Below, piece by piece: positions 26,187 through 35,712 of a stretch of DNA of 61,622 nt. Location: positions 1 through 61,622 of the forward strand of contig JAUCBJ010007384.1 of NCBI GenBank assembly GCA_032718475.1, written 5' to 3'. The notes under the pieces were generated by a model. That model did no database searches. It worked only from the letters and a program-made list of their open reading frames with translations, and had not been told where the DNA came from. This DNA is from Nemertoderma westbladi (lineage: Eukaryota; Animalia; Xenacoelomorpha). The first letter of the stretch is position 1. Each line of letters opens with the position of its first letter. The position numbers and the translations under genes are program-made.

Positions 26187-28267
26187 TAAAATTTAAGAAA
26201 TTCAAAAAATAATCCAAAAATATTTTAATTTACTTTTTTCGCCGGGAAAAAAGTAAAATCAATGCAATCCTATTCTCCGGATTTTGGGGTATATTCGAGC
26301 GAAAAAAGTAACAATTTATTTTATTCGTAACAATTTAAGAATAAAAATGATTTCATTTTGTAGAAGATGTTGTTTTCTTTTAAAAATTCACTTTTTCTCC
26401 GCAAAAATGCGGATAAAAATAACTTCTAATGACCCTAAATCAATTTAGAACACATTTAGAACATTATAATATTAATTATCAATATATTAAATACAATTAG
26501 TGGAAGTTGAAGGTACATTGAGCACCACTAGCTACGACTTAATATTTCTTTAATATATTCCCTTTTGAATTAGAAGTAACAAACGTTATCACAAATTTGA
26601 TGTCAATTCTGCACCTTTGTGTAATTAAATAATACTAGCTACTATTAATTAGCTATACTGTGTTTTTGTGAAGGTGATATTCCAGAACTTTAATCAAATA
26701 ATCTTACCAAAAATTTGATTAAACTAGCTACTTGTTCATAAGATACTACAACTAAACATTTTAATGCTAAATTGATTAATAATTAACATCGTGATTACTG
26801 ATCTAATTTACCTGATCTAATCTACCTGTTGGTTGCCTAGCAACAGTGAAATTAATTCTTGGATGACCGATCATAATCGTATAATTCACTCAATCAATAT
26901 TCTGCCGACACCGCATAGGGAACATCTCATCTATTGGACATGCTTTCTGAAAAATTTCGCGTTATTTACTTTTGAATTGTAGGAGAATATACATTTCCTA
27001 CAAACAGTGTTTGTTTTTTTACATACAAATATACTATTTGTGTGTGTGTATATTGTACAGGTGGTACTATTGCCCAATGTTTCGTGGTTGGGTTGCTGTC
27101 CTACATAGGCGCGTAATTTATTACAACAATATTGATGGCAATGTATCCGTCCATTATTGCCGCTCTCGGCTGGCTATTTTGTTTTCCATATCACTTATCT
27201 GTTTTCACTATATAAAAGAGCGCATTAGAATTTTAAAGGTTCTTTCAAACAATAAGTTTTTGAAAGATAAGAGAGGTTGACATGTTACGTATAGATGCTT
27301 CCTCTAGCGGCAGACTGAAGAACTGCGGGCCGTTCAACCTCCCCACAACGTCGCAGCATGTGGTACTAGTACATACATGCCAAGCCAAGATTCAGCTTAA
27401 ACGGATTAAAGTCAACGAAATGAGGAAGCTTACCATTTTCAGATATATTGCCCTCTAGCGGCAGGTACTGGCATCGAATCGAATCGAAAGCAATTTTTCG
27501 TCTTCGATTTGCCATATATTTTTGGATTCGATTTCGATTCGATTAAGGTAAAAAATTTCGACTTCGATTCGATTATTCGACCTTTGAATATTAACTTAAT
27601 TATTTGTCATTAAATACCGGTATACATTATAAATTGTACAGTATTCTTAAATTGTTACTTTGAATTGGAACTTCTCAAATTGAATCACAATGGTTGAAAG
27701 AGCATCGAAGTAGAAAAGGTTTGTAAGTACTGTAATTAGAGCAAAATCCATTCACACCTCAAAAGTTATTGTAACTTTTTAGTGTTGTGTGCACGGTGTA
27801 CACCAAAACATAATTCAATATCCAATATTAGTTTATGTACGAAGTTAAGCGGCTATCTAATTACGTAATAAATATTCGAGAACACTAAATTATTTGCCAT
27901 TGAGTAAGGCAGCATCAGGAGTTGAATAGTACAATAAATAATGTTAATTGCAGTAACCATGGAAGCAATATAGTAAAATACCAGTTCAATTTATTTTGAA
28001 CACTATTTTGTTCAATCTTTTATTAAAGAATTGAGCAACAAAAAGTACCAATTTAATAATACAATTACGTATTACATGGGAAAAAAACGTAGAAAATTAT
28101 TAAAAGTATATATAAAATAGGCCTACCTCGAGAATAGTGGAAGGAAGTTGTACTTTTTTTCCCATGTAATAAATAATTATTTTTATATTTTACTTTTGGC
28201 CAAATTATGCCAAAAAATAATTTGTATGTACATTATTCCATTAGGGGCCAGGGGGTGGGGTCCGTAC

Positions 28268-29280
28268 TAGGGCGGTGCGTTTTTTACTTTTTTTTCGATT
28301 TCATTGTTCTACCGGTGCACAAAAGTTGCCAAATGGTAAAAAAATAAGGCAAAAAAAAAATTTATTTAAATTTCGTCTGTATCTTCACGGATCCCAAGAG
28401 GGCTGAAATTTTGAGCCATCGCGATGCACCATAATTAAATTTATAGCAATATAACACATTAATGAAAGATCAATGACTCAATTAAGAACTTCCTGCATGC
28501 ATCAAATGTCATCAAATGGGTCCAAACTTAGTTAGATACCAACATTTTGACTTGAGTCATTTTGAATTTGACATTTTGAATTATCTCAAGGAATCAAGAA
28601 TAGACAGACACATCACTGACAAAAAAAAGAACTACAGTAATGACTTATTTTTAAGGTGTCTACACCCACTACATCGATCATTTCTGTGATGTGTCTATTC
28701 TTGATTCCTTGAGATAATTCAAAATAAATGTTTTTGAGGATTTGTCCATATCGCATCAAGGCGGTAATGTTGACTTGTGCCGGACTTCACATTTTCTGCA
28801 ATATCTCAAGAACTATTCGCTCTACGTTTGTTTTGAAGTTGTCTACCCCCACTAAATCGGACATTGCGGTTCTAATGAGCATAATCTTAATGCAGTAGGA
28901 GAACTCCATGTTGGCTATCGCGAAAATTGAGAATTATCACCACTTGCGCCAAATGGTAGGTTCTGTCCATGTGCCTGTGGCACTACTTCCCTGGATCCAA
29001 AAATTAAAATTTTGGTATCTAACTAAGTTTGGACCCATTTGATGACATTTGATGCATGCAGGAAGTTCTTTCTTGAGTCATTGATATTTCATTAATGTGT
29101 TATATTGTTATAATTTTAATTGTGGTGCATCGCGAAGGCTCAAAATGTCAACCCCCTTGGGATCCGTCAAGATATCGATGAAATTTAGAGAAATTTTTTT
29201 GCCTTAATTTTTACCATTTGGCAACTTTTGCGCACCGGTAGAACAACGAAATAAAAAAAAGTAAAAAACGCACCACCCTA
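28268..29280. mobile_element. hAT-like MITE with ~280-bp TIRs and an internal perfect 34-bp inverted repeat
   Basis: Ends TAGGGCGGTGCG...CGCACCACCCTA; 8-bp TSD gtccgtac/gtgcgtac (7/8); long arms 28268-28550 and 29005-29280; internal IR 28573-28606 / 28692-28725. Confidence 0.85.
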
Positions 29281-29432
29281 GTGCGTACCCGACAAAATTG
29301 TAGCAGAGCACGGATGAGTACAAAACAAAGACTCAAGACCTGTACAAAAACCTGTGTTAACTTTCATTTGTTGTTTTGGTTCCCCCAACACGCCTTTGTA
29401 ACCTGCTCTTTTACTAACCAGCTCCTTTAAAT

Positions 29433-30676
29433 GGGCAGTGATTTTTTATGTCCTTTTATTTGACTTTTTTTGTCCTCCTTTTTTTACGAATTGTGCATAA
29501 TGACTTTTGTTGTCCTTTTAATGACTTTTATTGTCCTTTTAATGACTTTTTATGTATGTATTTCTTCAAACTGTCAGACTGCTGATTTCTGGACTGTCAG
29601 ACAGTTGATTTCAACATGCCTATGCCAAAACATTCAAAATTTGTTGATTTCTGGTCTGTCGGACAGTTGGTTTCACTATGCCTGTGCCAAAACATTCCAT
29701 GATTCCATGATTTATAGGCTATGAGATAGAATTCCATATGCGCCTGTGGTAAATGATTTAATCGTTTGTGGTTGTTGTCGATAATCGATATGGAAAGGAG
29801 CAGGTTAAGGCCGGATTTTCTAACCAAAACAATAAACAGTCACTTTACCAAATCAGGGAAAGGAGCAGGTTACAGAGGCGGGATTTTCTAACCAAAACAA
29901 TAAACGATCATTTAACTAATTGAGGGAAATGAGCAGGTTACAGAGACGGGATTTTCTAACCAAAACAATAAACGATAACATTACCAATTGAGAGAAAGGA
30001 GCAGGTTACAGATGCGGGATTTTCTAACCAAAACAATAAACAGTCACTTTACCAAATCAGGGAAAGGAGCAGGTTGCAGAGACGGGATTTTCTAACCAAA
30101 ACAATAAACGATAACATTACCAATTGAGAGAAAGGAGCAGGTTACATAGGCGGGATTTCCTAACCAAAACAATAAACGATCACTTAATTAATTGAGGGAA
30201 AGGGGCAGGTTACAGAGGCGGGATTTTCTAACCAAAACAATAAACAGTCACTTTACAAAATGAAGGAAAGGAGCAGGTTACAGAGGCGGGATTTTCAAAC
30301 CAAAACAATAAACGGTCACTTTACCAAATCAGGCAAAGGAGCAGGTTACAGATGAGGCGGGATTTTCTAACCAAAACAACCGGTCATCCGGTAGGCCTAC
30401 CAGTACCGTATTTAAATGGTAGGCTACACAGTAGGCCTACAGCAGTACCGGTGCCGGTACCGGTACTAAAATACAGAAATGCCTGCTTTATACCTACATC
30501 TGTACATACAATACAGCAAAATAGTGCTATATATACTAATACCGGTACTGATAGCCTGAGAGAACAGCAGTAGAGAAACCGGTAGCATGGAACCTTACAT
30601 TAGATTTTTGGAGGACATAAAAAATAAAAAAAAAGGACAAAAAAAGGATTTAAACGGACAATAAAAATTATTGCGC
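29433..30676. mobile_element. Inner TIR element nested in the MULE-like element
   Basis: Flanking direct repeat (c)tttaaatgg; ends gcagtgattttttatgtcc / ggacaataaaaattattgc; tgtcct/aggaca subterminal repeats; exact ends uncertain. Confidence 0.5.
29792..30380 (+). repeat. 68-bp tandem array, 9 units (gggaaaggagcaggttacagaggcgggattttctaaccaaaacaataaac + ~18 more variable nt)
   Basis: caggtt recurs at 29801, 29866, 29934, 30002, 30070, 30138, 30206, 30274, 30342. Confidence 0.93.
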
Positions 30677-30924
30677 TTTAAATGGCAGTGGGACCTAACT
30701 CTCTTTGGGACCAAACTCGACTTTACCTCTATGTTTTGTACTCACCCAGCAGAGCACAGGTATTGTATTATAGACTAGCATCGGAAGTCCTTACAGTACT
30801 GTAGGCCCCCCTCACACGTAGCAAATAATTGTTTCTGCAATTTGTTTCTGAAACTTGATGCTGGACTTCTCACACGCGGTAAACTTTTTGCTCAAAAAAT
30901 AACAATTATTTAATAACTACTGTA

Positions 30925-31870
30925 TGTATTTACATCATTGTGTGCAAAGTAGCACTTTGGAGCGTTATGATCCGAGTTTACTTATGTACCGAGTGAGCGC
31001 AGCGAGGGAGGTTTACATAAATAAACAAGGGTCTTTAACGCTGAAAAGTGACCTTTGCAAGCAATGATGTATGTAATTTTGTTACATCATGTCAACATTT
31101 GTTACATTACTACTACTAGGATCGGCAACTCAACTCATACTCAACATATAAGCGTTCGGTATATTAAGAAATAATTTTATGGATACTCATTTATACATTT
31201 TAATCATGAACTATATGGAATATAAGTGAAATTTATTAACAGGTACACTGTATAAATTATCTAATATCTTAATAATCTCCTGCAAGGATGCGATTAATCA
31301 TTAATTCATCTTGATTATAATAGTCAACTGAAGCAAACATAGTTACCGTCTGTGTCCGTTCATTTTACTGAACTCTGTCGTCACTTTCTTTGGTCATTTT
31401 TTCTAAAGTGTCTTCTATTGGACATTTCTCCATAATGGCGAAATGTAATCCCCCACTCCCACCTCCATGGCCCGCCCCACTCCCCTCGTTCAAGGCGCCC
31501 CCCACTCCCACCTCCATGGCTCGCCCCATTCACCTCGTTCAAGGTCTCCTCACTCCCACCTCCATGGCTCGCCCCACTCACCTCGTTCAACGCGTCCCCT
31601 ATACCCACCTGCATGACTCGCCCCATTCATCTCATTCAAGGCCTCCTCCACTCCCACCTACATGGCTCGCCCCACTCACCTAGCTAGTCCCGTCACTGCA
31701 AACTGAATAATAAAGCAGCACTCATTAACATAAATGGAAATAATGCATTCTAGAATAAGGTAATTGAAGTTTTTTCCATGTTATTGATTACTTTGCAGCG
31801 TTCCGTCCTATAGGCCGTTGCGAGTAATTCACCAGAACGCTGTTAAGTTGACATAATGTAACAAAAATAA
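30925..31870. mobile_element. Hairpin element centred on CGAGTGAGCGCAGCGAGG, with a second IR pair (31076-31096 / 31847-31868)
   Basis: tacatcattg/caatgatgta, tgcaaag/ctttgca and agcgtta/taacgct arms; ttttgttacatcatgtcaac vs gttgacataatgtaacaaaa. Confidence 0.55.
31451..31681. repeat. Degenerate ~48-49-bp C-rich tandem repeat, ~5 units (cactcccacctccatggctcgccccactcacctcgttcaaggc)
   Basis: Direct tandem repetition. Confidence 0.85.
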
Positions 31871-33917
31871 GTAGTTAACATGTCCATTCATTTATTTGTA
31901 TTATTAAATTATCTAATATTAGCTAGTACATAAAAATATGATTTAATAAAAAGTTTTTAAAGATGTTGCAGTGGAATATATTTATTTTATTAAAACGTCG
32001 CAGCAACTTGTTGCTACACATAGACACAACTACACATAGAAACTGTTGTAGCGAAATGTTTCTGAGAGTCCAGCAACTATTGCTGACCCCTCACACAGAG
32101 CAACTTTTGTTTCAGAAACAAGTTGCAGAAACAAAAGTTGCTCCGTGTTGAGGTTTAAGAGGACCATTAGTCTATACCCCAAGTTTATTATATTTTATTT
32201 ATAAAACTACTACTCTGAAATTTTAATATAAAGCTGCTGAATAATTTTGGTATACTGTATTTTAGATGAATATTATGAGTGAAAAATAATAAAGTAGTAG
32301 GGAATTTAGTAATGAAATATGTCAAAAAATTTCTATAAAAAAAAAAAAAAAAAAAATCTATACACTATCTAGGCTGTGATTTTGTTTAATATTCAAAAGT
32401 CGAATCGAATCGAATATTTTCTTTCGATTTTCGATTCGATTTCTAGAAAAAACGCTTACGATTCGATTTAGACCCAGTGAAATTCGTTCGATTTTCGATT
32501 AGATTTCGACTCGATCCTAGCCCCTGTCTAGCGGCAGACTGAAGAACTGCAGATCGATTACCGTCCCCACAAAGACACAGTCTGTGTTCTAGTAGGCCAA
32601 CTAGTGTAGTGTGTTCTAGAACATATCTCACAAGTTTCAACTTGAAGGGATTATATAATTAACTAAATAAGAAATGGATTCCACTATTACACATTTCGCC
32701 CTCTAACGGCAGAATTGAGAACTGCAGACGGATTAGCCTCCCTTGAAATATACAGCTGATTGTCTAGTACATATCTGCCAAGTTTCATCTTGAACGGATT
32801 AAAAGCAAAGAAATGGAAATAAATGTTTAAACTATAGCCACTAGCGGCTGACAGACGAACTGTTCTTATTCTTGTAGGCCTGACGGTTTTATGTGTACTG
32901 ATTACTGTCGTAGCCATTCTTAAAACAATGTAATTTAATTTAGAATGTTATAGGACATAAGTGATGACAAATGTATTATCTCTTAAATATACGTAACATG
33001 TGAACCTCACTTATCTATCAAACTGCGCTCTTATGGTGAAAACAGCTAAGTGATATAAAAAACACTGTCAACAATTCTGGCGGGTTGCCATGCCATCTAG
33101 AAACTAAAACATATTGCATATTTTTCCGTATACTCGATATAGTGGGGGTGGAGGTTGATTAATGACGCCACGGCTAAAATATAGCCCGTTTCTAGTCAAA
33201 GTTAGTCGTTTCCATGGCAACTAGAAACCGAAAAATAGGGCACAGATTATTATACTTGAAATATTGGTGGTAGTTTCTGATCCTATTACTGTAATTATTT
33301 ACGACCACTGTATGCATACCGGTATGCATTACGCCCGTTTAAATCCCCCTAAGCAACGGGCTTTAAACGGGCGTATCCCTATAATTTCCACTACAGCTAA
33401 CAGTGAAGGTCGTTTTCACTTGGTTGCTAAGGTATCTTTAAAAAAACTACTTATGCCATTAAATTCTTCATATCCAAAATAGTATTCTTTCATAAATTTT
33501 AACTCATCATATCTAACTCTTGTTGGTATGGCAATGTCCTTCGTTGCTATGTATAAGACCCTCTAAAAAACCAGCGCAACCGTTTGGTAAAGTCTACGCA
33601 AATATTATTTTAATGTCCCCATATCTGTATTAAACATTTATGGGGGAACTCAGTCATATAAAATGAAATAAATAAAATTCCTACGGGATCATATGCTTGT
33701 ACTTGTACTACTCTACAGTATTTGTAAAGGCTTTTGCGGAATTAGCTAGTCATTTTTCCCGCAAAGTACTCTGTAGGTGTTTTAGCGGACATAAAAAGCC
33801 GTTTCCTTACTGTACCGGTGTTTTAGTGGACATAAAAAGCCATTTCCTCTGTATGTGTACTTTAGCGAACATAACTAGCAATTTTATGTCGCAATACGCC
33901 AAATACTCTTGATACAG

Positions 33918-34408
33918 TGTAGTTCAAGATGACGACATCTATCAGCTGATATGTACACGTGTAACTTTTCCTTTGTTTCTTTGTTCGGTCAACCAATCAG
34001 AGCGATTCTCATTTTATTTGTACAGAAACCTCCGGGAAATCGCGCAATGCATTATGGTTTATGTTTACCTTTTTTCCTGATGCCAGAACACCGGCTGTGG
34101 AATTATTCTGTGTTTCAGACTTTAGCCAAACATTAGTAGGCTTTGATCATAGAAACGTATAACTGTTATCATATTGTTACAAATCATATTGTCACCTACA
34201 AACACCGCATTATTTTACTGCTATTTACTGTCGGTTACTAATTGTATCAGTTGATGGAATATTATTATATTTGGATAATATCGATAAATAATCATAAAAC
34301 CCCAATCTTCTTGATATACTGAAGGTAAGAGACCGGTTACATATAGCAATTGCGACTTACATTATATTGGTTTTGGAGTGAATCTAATGCTATTTCATAG
34401 GCACTACA
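33918..34408 (+). mobile_element. Candidate 5' LTR of the BEL/Pao element
   Basis: Bounded by TGTAGT...ACTACA inverted ends; contains aaccaatcag and a donor-like aag|gtaaga; lies ~850 bp upstream of gag. No second copy in the window, so unconfirmed. Confidence 0.4.
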
Positions 34409-35254
34409 TGTGTCGGTTGCTGTTCTCTTTATATGTGACTAAAATTAGTGAAGGTCGGCAGATCGGTGTGCAGCATTGTGCGGTAGTGTGCATGATTGTG
34501 ACAGATAACAAAGCATCTCCTAAAGAATGCGCTTTATACGTGAATCAATAGCCATCCCGTTGTGTTTAGTGTAAGTCATAACTCTGTTTACATACTTAGA
34601 GCGCCACGTCCTAAAGGAACTGTTAATATTTCCCGAAAGTGAATAATATTTGTCAGAGATTATATATTAACGATCAATAGAATAATACAGTAGGCCTACA
34701 TCGCAATAAGGTCAGAGCTTCCGAATCCAGTCTCCCGGGTATATCCAGCGGGTGAATGGTCGCGCATAGGCTGGCTTCGGCTAATGTAGTGTATCAAATA
34801 CTCGTCATAGGCTAAAGTCGATTTATAACCTAGAAGACACCTAAATTTGGCAGGTTAAACTGCTAAAGGTCTGAAAGCGCGAACAATAACAGTTATCGCT
34901 TCTTTATTGTACGTAGGCAATAAAGGGCAAAAGTACCGGTCGACCGGTAACCAGTAGGCCTGACTACCTAACCACCCGGACCGGTACTTACAGCAGTACA
35001 GGTACAGCAGTATTATTCGATTTTTGATAATTATATACCGGTAGGTCTTGATATTTAATCAGGGACTGCAGCCCTGGTTTTTTATTGGGATTTTACTTAT
35101 TTCTGTCAGTTTTATTTATTTGTAAGTTGATATTGAGCAGAAGGCGTGTAAGCCTGCTCAGATTGTACAGATAATTTGTAGGCTAGACTGTTGTTAGGTC
35201 TGAAGGGATTGCGGGGAAACGGGGGAAAGCGAAGCGACAGCAGAGAAACCGCAG

Positions 35255-35650
35255 ATGAGGGACGCTATTGACATCTATCTGTCAGACTATCAAAGATTCC
35301 TAGGTGACAAAGAGTTGAGGAGACGGCTGTCTGGACTTCTCCCTAATAGTGAAGGAGCCAAGCTTGTGTTGGACGCAATCGATGCGGAAATGTTAGCTGC
35401 TAACCAAGCTAAATTTGATGAGAGACTCCGCATCGCTAGGGTCCAAGAAGAACAAGTAAAGAAAAAACGTATAGAAGACAGAAAGACAGCAGTAGCGGCA
35501 GAGGCAGAAGCGGAAAGAAAAGCTGCGGTGGCAACGGCAGAGGCGGAAAGAAAAGTGGCAGAGGCTGAAAGAAAAGCGGCAGTGGCAGCGGCAGAAGCGG
35601 AAAGAAAAGTGGCAGAAGCAGAACGGAGAGCGTCTGAAGAGACCACCTAA
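35255..35650 (+). pseudogene. N-terminal coiled-coil part of BEL/Pao gag, separated from the main ORF by nonsense and frameshift lesions
   Basis: AEAERK repeats; reading continues after the TAA (LELENIQENQ) and joins the 35713 ORF frame with a 1-nt shift and a second TAA. Confidence 0.7.
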
Positions 35651-35712
35651 CTAGAGTTGGAAAATATTCAAGAGAATCAAGACTGCATAAATAACAGTTA
35701 ACAGCTAGTCAA

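Larger units (their letters stand above)
29312..30747. mobile_element. Mutator(MULE)-like non-autonomous element
   Basis: Perfect 10-bp TSD agcagagcac (29302-29311, 30748-30757); TIRs ggatgagtacaaaaca / tgttttgtactcaccc (15/16). Confidence 0.75.
30804..32165. mobile_element. PIF/Harbinger-like non-autonomous element
   Basis: Left ggcccccctcacacgtagcaaa..ttgtttctgcaatttgtttctgaaac pairs with right gtttcagaaacaagttgcagaaacaaaagttgctccgtgttgagg; right end degenerate and TSD unclear. Confidence 0.6.
27462..32526. mobile_element. hAT-like non-autonomous element (enlarged to 5.1 kb by nested insertions)
   Basis: Perfect 8-bp TSD tctagcgg (27454-27461, 32527-32534); TIRs caggtactggcatcga / tcgatcctagcccctg (12/16); TCGAT/TCGAA-rich subterminal repeats; removing it restores the host motif ccctctagcggcagactgaag. 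Confidence 0.75.
27180..33065. mobile_element. Old host element: inverted arms (27180-27293 / 32988-33065) enclosing ~150-170-bp tandem units starting gccctctagcggcagactgaagaactgc; interrupted by nested insertions
   Basis: atatcacttatctgttttcac..agataagagaggttgacatgttacgtata pairs with atacgtaacatgtgaacctcacttatct..gtgaaaacagctaagtgatat. Units at ~27300, 27450|32527, 32697 and 32836; minus-strand units at 44095-44280. It may extend to degenerate Kolobok-like TTGA/TTAA ends at 26507/33441 (weak). Confidence 0.55.

Noticed and set aside
25888-27998. Single 2.1-kb element with 300-bp TIRs
   Set aside because: One arm lies inside and one outside the TSD-defined 27462-32526 element and no TSD was found; more likely two independent copies
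29792-30380. CRISPR-like repeat-spacer pattern
   Set aside because: The variable ~18-nt parts are related variants of each other, not unique spacers
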